Of a stretch of 64,000 nt of DNA, positions 1 to 14,759 are shown piece after piece (position 1 is the stretch's first letter; every line of letters starts with the position of its first letter). The translations under genes and the position numbers were made by a program. The notes beneath the pieces are model-generated. The model made no database searches. It was not told where the DNA came from and worked only from the letters and a program-made list of their open reading frames with translations. The DNA comes from the human T2T-CHM13v2.0 reference genome, Homo sapiens. Location of the stretch: NCBI RefSeq assembly GCF_009914755.1, contig NC_060930.1; one strand, 5' to 3'.

Positions 1-78
1 TTAATGCCACTGAACTGGACACTTAAAAATAGTTAAAATGGAAACTTCTGTTACATCCATTTTACCACAGTAAAAAAG
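1..78 (+). mobile_element. 3' terminal fragment of an old L1 (L1MB/MC-like)
   Basis: ttaatgccactgaactg..acacttaaaaat.gttaaaatgg..ttttaccaca followed by an A-rich tail matches the L1M 3' end motif. Confidence 0.65.
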
Positions 79-374
79 AAGGCAATAGGCTAAATATTCT
101 GAATTCATTCACTATGCTAACGTCAAAATGTTGATGTGTATTTAAAGTGATTGATATAGAAAGATGCACAAAATATATTGTGAAGGAGAAAACTCCACAA
201 ATCAGTTCATTTAGTATAATTACATTTGAATGAATAAATATCTGTGGTGTGCTTTCATGTATGTGAAAGAATGCGTGAATTTGTATGTGTATGTGTTTGC
301 GCGTACGTGATAGAGAAAAATGATATTGATAAAACTGTATACATAGTGAGATTTCAGCTAATTGTGTCTTCTGA

Positions 375-750
<376 letters not shown>

Positions 751-751
751 T

Positions 752-872
752 AAAAAGAGAAGAGAAGAAAATGAAGAAAAGTGTATATAAAAGTAGAGAG
801 GCAAAAAAAAAAAAAAAAAAAAAAGAAGGAAAGGGGCAGAACAAAAAGAAGAAAGAGGAGAAGAAGAAGAAC
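752..872. repeat. A/GA-rich low-complexity purine tract
   Basis: Poly-A run and (GAA/GGA)-like repeats; explains the K/R-rich ORF 781..1047. Confidence 0.85.
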
Positions 873-1722
873 ACTGAGGCCAGGTTATTACTCTAAACTT
901 ACCTTAGAAATCAATTCTTTTTGGAAGAAAAAAAACAGCAATCTGAGACACAGAGAAGGAAACACAAGACCAGCTTTGGCAGGTGCATCTATTTTTCTTC
1001 TATTGAGTACTTTCCATTCAATCTTTTCTCCAGGACAATTGCAGTGAGTATTTCTGTATTAATGTCCCCATATTTTAATGTGGGAAGACAGACAACAAAT
1101 GGTAAACATCATAAATAAAGATCTTATGCTCTTCTAGAAGATGCTAGTGCTATTGAAAAGTGGGGTGGGTTTGAATTTTAGTTAGGGTGTTTAGAGTATG
1201 TCCCACTGAAGAAATAACATTTGTGCACAGACTTGGAGGAGAGTACACTAACTTCAAGTGACTTAAGACAAGTTAAGGCTGGAGGGCTGGGGACAGTTAG
1301 TTGGTAATCAAGCTTACTCAGAATGAAAAAAGTAACTTAGAATGTCATTGGAGGAGAACCTCAATAGAAAATCTGTTGCTCTGTAAATTACACATGGTCA
1401 CATTTGCTTTTGTAATATAAAGCTATATCCTTAACTGGGCTAAAAATAGGGTTCATATGCTTAAATGTAGGGAGTGTAATCTAGAACATTTCCATCTCAT
1501 CATTGCTTCTTTTGGGCTATGAATTGGAGAGGGGTGCAGAAATCCTAGAAGGATCAAAGGACTCACGTTAATGATTGGAAAACAGTATTTACAGTGAAAT
1601 GCTAAGAGGATTGATAATCATTTACAACACTATATGTATGTGTACAAATACTTGCATATAATGTATATGTATAAACCAGTCACATGTACATGTATTTATT
1701 GCTTCATATACATATATATTTG

Positions 1723-2877
1723 TATCGGGGAATCTCCCCCGATATTCACATAGGTTCTTTTCTATTTTCCTTAAGTGTCGGCCAGCTTGAGAAATAAAGG
1801 GACAGAGTACAAAAGAGAGAAATTTAAAGCTGGGCATCCGGGGAAGACATCACATGTCGGTAAGTTCCATGATGCCCCACAAGCCACAAAAACCAGCAAG
1901 TTTTTATTAGGGATTTTCAAAAGGGGAGGGAGTGTGCGAATAGGTGTGGGTCACAGACATCAAGTACTTTACAAGGTAATAGAATATCACAAGGCAAGTG
2001 GAGGCAGGGCGAGATCACAGGACGACAGGACCGAAGCGAAATTAAAATTGCTAATGAAGTTTTGGGCACCATTGTCATTGATAACATCTTATCAGGAGAC
2101 AGAGTTTTGAGATCAACCGGTCTGACCAAAATTTATTAGGTGGGAATTTCCTCTTCCTAATAAGCCTGGGAGTGCTATGGGAGACTGGGGTCTATTTCAC
2201 CCGTGCAGCCTCGACCATAAGAGACGGCCACGCCCAGAGGGGCTGTTCATAGGCCTACCCGCAGGCGCACATTCTCTTTCTCAGGGATGTTCCTTGCTGA
2301 GAAAAAGAATTCAGCGATATTTCTCCCATTTGCTTTTGAAAGAAGAGAAATATGGCTCTGTTCCGCCCGGCTCACCGGAGGTCAGAGTTTAAGGTTATCT
2401 CTGTTTCCTAAACATTGCTGTTATCCTGTTCTTTTTTCAAGGTGCCCAGATTTCATATTGCTCAAACACACATGCTGTACAATTTGTGCAGTTAATGCAA
2501 TTATTACAGGGTCCTGAAGCGATATACATCCTCCTCAGCTGACAGGATTAAGAGATTAAAGTGAAGACAGGCATAGAAAATCACAAGGGTATTAATTGGG
2601 GAAGTGATAAGTGTCCATGAAATCTTTACAATTTATGTTTAGAGATTGCAGTAAAGACAGGCATAAGAAATTATAAAAGTATTAATTTGGGGAACTAATA
2701 AATGTCCATGAAATCTTTACAATTTATGTTTAGAGACTGCAGTACAGACAGGTATAAGAAATTATAAAAGTATTAATTTGGGGAACTAATAACTGTCCAT
2801 GAAATCTTCACAATCCACATTCTTCTGCCATGGCTTCAGCCGGTCCCTCCGTTTGGGGTCCCTGACTTCCCACAACA
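1723..2877 (-). mobile_element. MER11 (HERVK11/HML-8) solo LTR, MER11B/C-like
   Basis: Right end is the reverse complement of the MER11 start TGTTG.GGGAAGTCAGGGACCCCAAACGGAGGGACCGGCTGAAGCCATGG; left end tatcgggg; 5-bp TSD atttg (1718-1722, 2878-2882). Confidence 0.93.
2561..2815. repeat. Three tandem ~90-bp units inside MER11
   Basis: Unit gt(a/g)aagacaggcat..tattaatt(t)gggga..tgtccatgaaatctt.acaat starts at 2561, 2651 and 2742. Confidence 0.9.
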
Positions 2878-5800
2878 ATTTGAATATTTTTAATGTCTCT
2901 TGACACATAATTTCTTGGCTATACACAAGCAAAGTGTCAAGTTGCAATTGACTATGTCTATAGTTATCTGAAGTTTCCACCCAGAATTTCTGAATCTTAG
3001 GTACAACATGGTCATTTTTATGATGAAAAACTAAATTGCATTAAGTTTGGCTGAACATGTAGATCTTATAGAACAATGGCCTAAGAAATATGTGAACCAT
3101 TTGTTACTCAACATTTGCTAACTCTATCAATTAAAAACCACATACTAGTCTATGAAAAAATATGTAGAAATGCCTCAGTAGAAATATGACCCGAGATTCT
3201 GCTGTGGGCCTAAGTAGCTCTACATACTGAAAGAGGGACAAAATAATTGTGCAATTTTGCAATCACAGACATTCCCAACAATTTAGCAATCCAAATCATA
3301 GCTCAGGGACTTGAGTCAAAACATCTTTCTTCACCAGTAAAGGGTCAGAAATTAAAAAATTGAAAAGGTAGAAATGAAAGGACTACACATCAACAGATTA
3401 TTCTTTTCCTTGATCATACAAATTCAGACAGTCACTATTGAATGCAGGGGTCAAGGGCTGTCCTGAATTAAATTTCTGTCCATCTAAAGTGGGTGGGGGG
3501 TCAGCTAGTGGTATTCAATAAAATTGTATTTACTCTATATTACATTCTTCTGATGAATGCCTGCTCTTAGAGACCGAAAACTAAAAATCACAATACCTAA
3601 CAACTGGGTTAATAATACCATAGTATCAGAATTTCTAGCAATTGAGTATTTTGATTATAAACTAGGACATCATTATACTCTTTGAATAACTCAGTTAAAC
3701 TTTTTTTTTTTCTTTCAGATGTATTCCCATGGATAAACTAGAAATGGTAGTTAAAAGGGGAAAAGAACCACGGAATTGAAGCTTTGTCCTTGGCTTTTCA
3801 TTGCTTAACTGGGAGAAAAGAGCTACCAGAGAGGTCTGTAACCTTACTCTGCCATATCATTCAGAATGTCAGCTATAGATCACCTGTGACAAGTATTTAA
3901 TTCTTTGTCTCACCAGGGACAATCTGCAACCTTCTGTTGGAAGTGAGGTGTTTTGTTTCATTTTAAAGCTGCCAGCAATAGTTGTCTTTTTGGCCTTGCA
4001 GTAAGTTCTCTTTCAATTTAGTATTCCCAACTTCTTCCTCGAAAACTTGTGAAAATCATTCCTTTTCTACAGATTTCCATGCCAAATCCTTTCAAAAGTC
4101 TATGACACACGTGACTCTTCCCACCATAACAGTGCCTTTTCTTGTTTTACCACAGAAAGCCACATTGAGCTCTTTTGCCTTTGTTTTTGCCAGCTGAACA
4201 GAATAAAATATTAAAATACAATGATTAAAGAGGCAGGGCAAATGTGTTTTAGTTATTGGGCTTCTGCTGAGAAAGATATATAGATTAGAGTGAACACAGG
4301 CAAGCAGTTTTCTAGGTGATGTGCTGAAAAACATAAATTATATTCTAGTAATAGCTGATATGTACAGTAATTAGAAGGTTCATTCTACCACTAAGAAGAG
4401 AATATATGCTGTCAAATATTGCCTCACATGCCATTTTCCAGATCACTGACAGCTTGGTATGGCTCTGTACCTGGGCCATGACAGAGTCACAGAGAAGCAA
4501 GATGGATCCTTCAACTCCGAATGGCATCCATCCTGACTGAATTGGAATTGCCACAGTAATGCTTATTAAAAATCAGAAATACCTAAAGTTTTCTCAATTT
4601 AATTTCAACTTTAAAAAATTAATGCATAAAAGTGAAACATATGCCATGTTTTCTCTTATTGAAAATGTAATAAAAATATTTGTTGAATGTGTGAAAATAA
4701 CAATGTTGTAGATCTATATATTTTATTATGATATGAATTTGGCCCTTGGAGATATACAAAAAAAAGTTAGTATTTAGTTTCTCTCCCAAACAGGTTCTCA
4801 TTGTTGCAGAGATAGTGAATTTAGAAAAGGCTAAAAACTGTTAATTTAAAATGAAAAAGAATATGCATTTGTAGGCATTTAAATACTTTTTTAAAAACTT
4901 GGTCTTAAAAGTTGTAAAATCTCTGTCTGAACAATTAAAAATAAACTGGAAAACCATTTTTTTTTGCTATAGATGTAAGCTATCTATACAAATGCAAAAT
5001 AACATGCTTATAAAATAATATTTTCAGCTCATCACAGTAATTCCAGTGTAGATATTCACCAAACTGAATGGGGATAAATTTATTCAAATTGTTTCAAGAT
5101 TCTAAGTCACTGCCATTTATCAGATAAGGGGCTTTATCTATAAGCTCTCATTTGTATGTGAATCTATGAATGTATCACCTACCCTGGTTTCTTTTTATAA
5201 TATAATATCTTAAAAGTAATGTGAATTTTAGAAAATAAATATAGGAAGCATAGTTTTTTAACATCAGTGTACTTACAGAGTTAGAAGTATTGCTTCTTTA
5301 ATTTCATGTGCATTTTTGGTCACGTGCTATGTTTATTCCTTGCATACCGAATTGCCTGTGGGCATGTGGAAAGCTTCAGTAAACTGCATATAATAAGCTA
5401 GCTGGAAATTTGCCGTAATTCCAGTGACAGTCATTTTCATATGTGCTTTCTCTGTTAAAAATTTCACAAGTGTGAAGAGACATATTTTCTGTTTGTTAGG
5501 CTCTGACTGCATTCCTGACCCAGCCATGCCAGTAAAATATATGCTGGAAAATATTATGGGATTTGTAATAATGTTTTCAAGTGGAACATATCCCTATGGG
5601 ACATATTTTATGTGTGCTGTAGATACTGGGAAGATAAGCATTCAGGGGGCATGTTACTCAAAGTGAAGCTGTCGCTGGGTAATACAGTACTACAGTAGTT
5701 GGGTGAAATGATACAGATAGACTTATTTCATTTTCCAGTGGGAACATTTTAAGCTGACTTGCTGTTAAGAATCTGTAAATTGTCTAAGCAGGGGAAAAAA

Positions 5801-7853
5801 GCAGCAAGGCTGATAAAATCATAAATAGCTTTTCCATCATTGCTGAAACTCTATAATTTTCTTGTTTATTGCTTGAGTTAATAAAACAAATAAAAGAGGG
5901 AATCTCAGAGAGAGATTTCTTTAATACGCAAAATGAATTTCAATGTACTCTCCTGCTGGTATTTTTATGGAAAACCTGACTACATGGTACACATGGAATG
6001 TAGAAATCTGCATTTAGATAGAAAAATTATAAAATGCATAGTATGGTGCAAAGTCGGTCTTTTAATGGAGATGGCAAAGTGCTGCATTATACGGTTGAGT
6101 GGAAAGACAGCATGCATATAGGTTTTCACATCTTCAGGAACCAAGTGCCCATTTTGCTCAAGAGAGGCCTACATTAGTTTGAATCTTTGACAAATATTGA
6201 TGAAGCAAAAAATACCAGATGGATATATTTCTCCAAGTGAATTTTTGGTGCTATCTATAGGATATGATTGCAATATATATTTCATATTTTTTCTCAAATG
6301 CTTTTGGGAAACAATAAAGATTGATTCTATTAGAAAATATTTCATTGTATTAGCTGAATTTGACTATAAAGAACTCAGTGGTACCTAATAGTTATAGTAA
6401 AACAATAGAGGTTCAGAAATACTTGATTCTATTCCTGTAACTGTGTTGTGGGTTACCTAAGAAATTTCACAGTGCCTCATAGCTCAGATAATCTATCTGT
6501 AAATTTAAAGATAAGGTAGCCTCACACCAACTATTCCCCAGTGATAAAGGGAGAACTAATTAGTCGACATTTGTCTAGCCATTTGAAAACCTCAAATGAG
6601 AATTTCTTTATGCTGTTAGTAAATTTCAGTGTTATTATTGAGCATATGTAAGAGTAGCTATTACATGAGTGAGAAAGAGCTAGTGGTATGGGGATATATA
6701 AATTATTGAAATAAAGATAATTGATTTAAAATAAGTACAAGCAGAAGAGGTCATAAAAATTTGAGCTATTTCACATAAACCTTTTTTGGTGATAATACTA
6801 CATTTGGATTAAGTATTTCTAATGTGTTTAGAGCAGAAAGGAAAAAAATGACACAAATGTGGTAGAATGAACACTTGTATACCTATGTTCTCCTCTGGAA
6901 TCTTACACAGGTAAGTAGAGTATAAAAGAGATGGCATAATTCCACCAGGAACAAAGAGACTAGGAAAAGAGCTGGCAGTGACAATATTTTGGAAGCTGGA
7001 AAACCTGTGTACAAATGACGCCTGATTCAGCAGCATGAAGAAAGCTGAAACTGAAGTCTAGAGGGGCTAGAGCCACGGAGTTAAGCTGACTGCCACCAGA
7101 AGCCCTTAAAAGGGCTCAGAAATTACCCCCACTGAAGTAAGGTTTCAAGTCGGGCAGGAAAGGGAAAAACCTGCCTGATAAGCAGTTCAATGCTCAGAGC
7201 CTCTTCCTCACCATGACAGAGGTGTGGTAGTTGGCTGTTGTAGGGGTGGCACCTTAGGAGCCCTAGATCTGAAACACAAAGTTTACTGAAGGTAGAAAGT
7301 TTCTGCTGAAAACTGCAAGTAAGTGAAAGTCTACAAGTGGTAAAATCTTCATTGAACTAAATCTTATTTTTTATAGTAAAAATGCAGTAATAAGTGCAGA
7401 ACTGAAAAATTTAAAAACACAATATATAATTCTTATTTGGAATATGTAAGCAACTACTAGGGGAAAAAGTAACTAAAATGGCTAAAAGAGGTAACAGCCC
7501 ATGTTGCATAGAACTGCAGAGGAAGGGAGGGGAGCAGTGAATGAATCTATCTCTTTATAAGCTTGTAGAATAATTTTACTTTAAAAACCACCTGGAAGCA
7601 TAATTTAAAAAATTAAAATGAAGAACTGATGACAATGTTTATAAAAAGAATGTACACAACACACTAAGCCAAGAATGAATGAAAGAACAGCATGTAGATA
7701 TATTCATAATGAGCCTTGTTTATTTAAACACAAAATCTGAAGGATCTGGCAAAATATTTTAGTAAAGTGTAAATAAATCACTTGATGGTTGGAAAGTGTA
7801 GTTTTCTTGCTAACCATTATTTTCCCCTACTCTAGAAAGAGTGTATTTACTGA

Positions 7854-8157
<304 letters not shown>

Positions 8158-8476
8158 TACTTATTTTTAAAATGCCTCCTCCAAGCCCATTTTTATAACT
8201 GAATGTAGTGAATGCTTTGACTTAACCTTGGGTTTGCCCCTTTACTCAGCTTTAAAACAACTAAAAAGACAATTTTAGCACAAGTACAGCACACTGTCAG
8301 GTTCATACTCATCATATAAACAAATATATTGCTTTAACAATACAGTACACTACAGTTATATACTAAAAAGAAAAAGGAAACCAAAGATTTACATAATTAA
8401 ATATAAGAGATAGAGTTTGTTTGCACTGACTCTTTGAGAGAGCTTAAAATAAATGGGATAATGTAATACGGTAACT

Positions 8477-8724
8477 ATAGGTGGGAATTGAACAATGAGA
8501 ACACTTGGACACAGGAAGGGGAACATCACACACCAGGGCCTGTTGTGGGGTGGGGGGAGGAGGAAGGGATAGCATTAGGAGATATACCTAATGTAAATGA
8601 CGAGTTAATGGGTTAAGCACACCAACATGGTACATGTATACATATGTAACAAACCTGCACATTGTGCACATGTACCCTAGAACTTAAAGTATAATAAAAA
8701 AAAATATATATATATATATATAAA
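8477..8724 (+). mobile_element. 5'-truncated L1PA 3' end (L1PA4/5-like) with A/(TA)n tail
   Basis: ataggtgggaattgaacaatgagaacac..G-rich tract..gtaaatgacgagttaatggg..tagaacttaaagtataataaaa. Confidence 0.95.
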
Positions 8725-10779
8725 AGTGACACACGTTTTCTAAACTCTAGTCTCTGGATATATGGCATAGTCCTAGATCATTTGACTGAAAGGGAAATAT
8801 TACAGAAGTATTACAATCCTTTGATAGTTAACATAGGAAATGCTCTCTATAGACAGCCAAATGCAGTTTTGCTACCACCTCGTTTATTATAATCTTTTAA
8901 ATTTAATTAACTCAAGAGTCTTTGAATATTCCAAATATGTCTTTCTGCAAAAATCGCCAGAAGTACTTCAGGGCACATTTGCATTCATTGCATTACAGTG
9001 TCTTACCACTAAAAGTAATGGAGATATTGCATAAGGTGTGTCTTGGGCTTGCCATGGACCTCTCCTTCTCCAGAGGTTAATGGATGACTATACTCTAGAT
9101 GAATTATCAAATATAATATCCCACCATAGGTACCATCACCTGGGAGGCACATCTAGGTGAATAAGCTAGTGGCTATTATTTTACTATGCTTTCAACTTTA
9201 AACATGACTTTCAAGCATTTACATATTGTACTAATGGTGGATGTTATTGACTTGAAGAACAGCTTTTTTTTTCCGTCCTGCTTTTATTTTCTAATCTTCT
9301 TATTTCATTCTCTAATCAGGAAAAACAAATGAAGTCTTCTCTCCTTCTACTGAAATGCTACCATTATGAAAACAATAGCAATAAAAATGTTTATGAAACA
9401 TTCATAATTTGCAAAAGAAAATTAGAAAGAATCACTATTATTAAAAACATATAGTATAAAGACAATCTTAATTAGCTGGTTCTATTCTTTACATATCAAT
9501 TATTTGACACGTTCAGAATATAAAATGCACAGCAAGGATTTTGTAGTTATTTAAATAAAAAATAAATATAAATTGTTATAGATGTATGAAGCATATTATA
9601 AAATTAAATGCTATAGCATCCTCATGAATCTTTGACTCTGTACATATTCCTAGGCATGATTCAAGGAGTAAACCAGAACATAATCCACATATCTACCCAG
9701 AAAAAAGGAAGGATGAAAATGACAGATGGACCAGGTTTAATATTACAGGCATTTGCAACTAAACAGCCTGGCTTTCTGTTTAAACTTCTCGGGCTTTACT
9801 CTCAGAGTTTATTATATCATCCAGATTCTTCAACTAAACTTCTGATTGTTGTTAATGCCAAACACTACCTTAGGCTATTACGAGAATGTGGTTTACCCTG
9901 TCATTGGTTCTTACATTATTAAGGAAAGCAGGCTGAGCATATATGACTTAACCAATAATAGAAAAATGCTATGGAATTTCCTACATTGCCTTTAGGATGA
10001 GTAAACATTAGAATAACAAGGGATCTGTTTTTAGGGAATGAGTAGATCTTAGAATGCTTAATTTCTTCTATGGACATAATATCTTTCATACTCTACCACA
10101 GGATTCCTTTTAAATGTCTACATTCATTAGTATTAGGACGTGTCCTTAGATGTAATCTAATAAGATTTTATTTTTAAAACCAAAGCTCTTTAACCTATTT
10201 CATTAAATTTCCTTTCCTGTTAATGCAGCAGTTCAGTAATAATTAGGACTGTGATGGATTAATGATTGATAATTTTCCAAGTTACTATTGGCAAGCTGTA
10301 GTCACAAACCTGCATTATTGCACTTCATCCCTGCTCTCTGGCATATTGAATGTAAGCAGACTTGCTTTCCTTCCCTCTGTTTAATGGGCTGGAAGGGATT
10401 GACTTGGACCTGCAGTCTGCTCATTTCTGTGATTGATGTATTTTCACTTAAATAGCGTAGATTTGTTTTGCAGTTTGTGTTGCTGTTGAGAATAGATTTA
10501 AGGGAGACCTGACATATCATTAATCCTTCCACTCATATTTTAGATCATATGAACATAGCAAAAATCACTATAATGAAGAGAAATAACATTTCTTTATCGA
10601 ATATAATGCTATAGTAAGAGGAATTATAAATAGGTTAATAGTTTTTAAAATAGATGTCTATTATTTTACTATAAAATGAGTCAACTAATATATTTTAGGT
10701 ATCTATGAGTAATCCATGGAGATTAAGAATTTTAACATAAATGTTAATAAAATTTTGTATCACCATTTGGACTTTGTCT

Positions 10780-11180
10780 AGCAAGCAACAGGGAACCATA
10801 AATATTTTGTTTTTCTTTTATTTTTAGCATGGCAGGTATACTACTAAATCTGTTTTTAAAATTATGATGCTGCTTTCTCTGTGAATGACGGATTGGAGTA
10901 TAAGAGACTCTGAAGGCAGAGAGACTGGCTAAGAAGCTATTATAGTGTTCCAGGTGAGAGGTGGAGAGTGATGCTGAAAAATGGGAAGTATTGACCTATG
11001 CCAGCGGTTGTGGAGAAGCAGAGAAGGGATTGGGTGAAAGGGAGTCTGGAATCATAGAAATAGTACTTAGAAGCCAAATGATTATTTGCCTGTGAGTTTA
11101 TGTGTATGGGGTTGGAGGGGAAAGGTTGAGAACAGGAAAGAGGGTGTTAAGCATAATTATGATCACACTATTTTAGGCAG
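10780..11180. mobile_element. Degenerate L2 fragment
   Basis: L2-like motifs (ggcagagagactggctaagaagctattatagtgttccaggtgagag); boundaries approximate. Confidence 0.5.
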
Positions 11181-11536
11181 CTGAAAGAAGGATGATACAC
11201 AACAGACGTCACACCAAATGCCACCAATGTCTGTTCTAAAAAGAGAGGTAGGGAGTCTTTTTTTTTTCTTTTCTGCATGCAAACACAAGTGCATAAGATA
11301 AAGAAACATTCATGGACTACACTTTGGCAGACACTGTGTAGACCTGAGTTGTTCACTGTATGCATGATTTTTTTCCCTACCAAAAGCCTGTACTGATATC
11401 AAAGAGATAGATACCTAAAAAAGATAATCTTAAAATAATTTCTCTATGATACATTTTTTTTTCACCAGGTTTTTAGTTGCAAATAGTACAAGAAAGCCAC
11501 TTAATCTGAGTGACTATCAGAAAAATAGGTGTAGGG

Positions 11537-12292
<756 letters not shown>

Positions 12293-14630
12293 GCCCCAAG
12301 CTGATTCTTTAAAAAGGAGGAGAAATTTTGAGGCTAAGCATGAACAATACATCCAGAAACCTTCCTAACTCAATTAATAATAACTCCACCTGAACTTCAA
12401 AGTAGTCATTTTGTTTACATAGTCCTATATTACTAACTTCTCGTGAGCAGCCACCTAAACTTTTTATTTAATAAAATTATCAAATCAGAACATTTTTATG
12501 CTCTTTAACCACTTCTTAGACATCAGTAATATATCTGATTTTATTACTAGGATAGTCTACCCAACCAAAACCCAACTATGAATACCAAGCTCTCTAGGAT
12601 ATCTATTTGTGGACCTTCATCATTTGGGTTAATGCATCAGTGCATTGTAATAGAAAGCAGCACCGGATCCTCCACCTTGGCAAGATAAACTATATGATTT
12701 TTTTTTTCTGTACAGTTTAATTTTTAGGAATGTTTGCCTCCCACATAGCACTTTTCAGCAACAAATACCACTTAATTACAGCTTAACATACTTCAACAAT
12801 TTACTACTGAAACAGTGCAAATGAATTTTTTAAAGTGAATATTTTTAAATATAAAGAAAAAATAAAATGCCTTCAATTCTAATACTCTATATGTTTTAGA
12901 GAGAACATTTTTTCCTTGCACAAGACCAAATAGCAACAATAGTTATTCATAAAAGAGATTCCAGTTTTGTGCAAATCTCTAAGTATGTACCTACAAAAGG
13001 CATAATGATTAACCTATTTAAAGAGCTCATTTCCAAATACTACCAAGTGTTTGCTATTTTTTATTGTAATACATAATTTTAAGAAATCCAAGAACCCTGC
13101 AATGGAAATATCCAGCTTATTTATCCACATTTTTTCTTTCTGTATTGTCATCATCTCCTGTTAATAATTTGAAAATTATTTCTGATAACATTTACAAGAG
13201 ACAAATAGTGTATTCAGGTAAAGTTTATAAGAGACAAATATCATAAAAAACCACGGGCAGAAATATTCTAAATTATTACAGCCCATTCAATAAATTATAC
13301 ACCAAAAATACCAAATGCTTCAAGTATAATCTATTCTGTTCTGTTTTACAATATTTCTCCTTAATTAAAATTTATTCATTGGTCTCCTAAAGGTATTAAT
13401 ATATTTCAAGAGAGAAAAATATTGTATCTTGTTATGATGTTTACACTAAGCACACGCCTAAAAGAAATGCATAAGAAACTGTGTAATTAACGACATGAAA
13501 ATTCTAAACTTCAATCAGAAGGGATTTTATACAGACAATACGTTACAGTCTTAACTGTCAACATTCTGGTGGGTTGAATTGTTCTACTCTACTATTTTAA
13601 TTGTTCCATTTATTAGGTTTGGCTTTTAAATATTTTAACAACCCAGTACAGTCAAAAGTATAGAGATGATATTTTTAAAAAAATTAAAAAGACAGAAAAA
13701 GGGATTGCAGATATCTCTAATGCAACACCTTTTTCAAAAAAAATTAATTAAATGCTTTCAAAATTGTTTTAAGATTATAGCCAATTATACTATTCTTTTT
13801 TCTTCCTTATTAAGTCTGCCACCTTAATAACCTGCTATTGGTGTTTTTATTAAAAGAAATGATTGTTCTTTTGTTTTAGCACATTTTATTTTACTTTACT
13901 TTCAAATGTTTCTATGACGATAATAACTTTTCTATCAGAAATATTCTGGTTCAATAATTTTATTAAATATAAATTTGGGATTTATATTAACAAGAGAAGG
14001 CTTATTAACACAGGCCCATGCAATTGAGTATTAAGGAAAATGACTACCTTGAAAACAACTGTTACAGAAAAGCAGACAGGAATTTAAAATTTTAAACCTA
14101 AACCAAAGCCATGTTTTTCTGTAAGCTAAAATACTCGCTCTTTCCTATACAGCAAAAATGAGAGTATAAGAGCCTGTGGAAATGCAATTTGTGTTCAGTA
14201 TCCCAATACTTATCATCTGTTTCCTAATATGTTGAACACTAAAGGACTTTGACCAGTCAAAAATTGTACGTATTATACTGACTTTTTTTGCGTGCAGTAA
14301 TTTACATGCAGGAATGCAAATATATTTAGTAAACAGTCCTGTGAATTTTGAAAAGTACATATGCCCATGTAATCTAAATTTCTACTGAGACATAGAACAT
14401 CTTTATCATGCTAAAAAGATCCTTCATGATAACTTCAAATTGCTATAAGTAACATACTAAAAAAAGAATTGTCAAATTTGAGTGTTAAAAGAGACAAATA
14501 TATTGTATATACAAAAAAAAAATGTATCTATGTAACCTGGAAGTATGAAATAAGCAAACTGGCAAATATATGGAGCAGAAAATAAAACAGAGTATCCAAT
14601 ATTAACACTATTCAACTTAAATATCAGGTT

Positions 14631-14757
14631 CTGACATCTAGTGACTATAGACCATGTTTGCTTGTAAATATCCTACAATGCACAGGACAGCCACTACCCT
14701 CAACTTCGAGTAAAGAATTATCTGGCCTAAAATGTCAATAGTGGCAAAGATGAAAAG
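14631..14757 (+). mobile_element. MER20 (hAT-Charlie) fragment
   Basis: atcctacaatgcacaggacagcc..aaagaattatctggcctaaaatgtcaatagtg matches the MER20 3' half. Confidence 0.8.
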
Positions 14758-14759
14758 AC

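Noticed and set aside
2561-2815. CRISPR-like or novel repeat array
   Set aside because: The units are contiguous with no unique spacers, lie inside a MER11 LTR, and the DNA is eukaryotic.
3701-3950. Strong acceptor ttttttttttttctttcag at 3718
   Set aside because: The T-run alone explains its strength, and I could not pair it with a convincing donor or reading frame.
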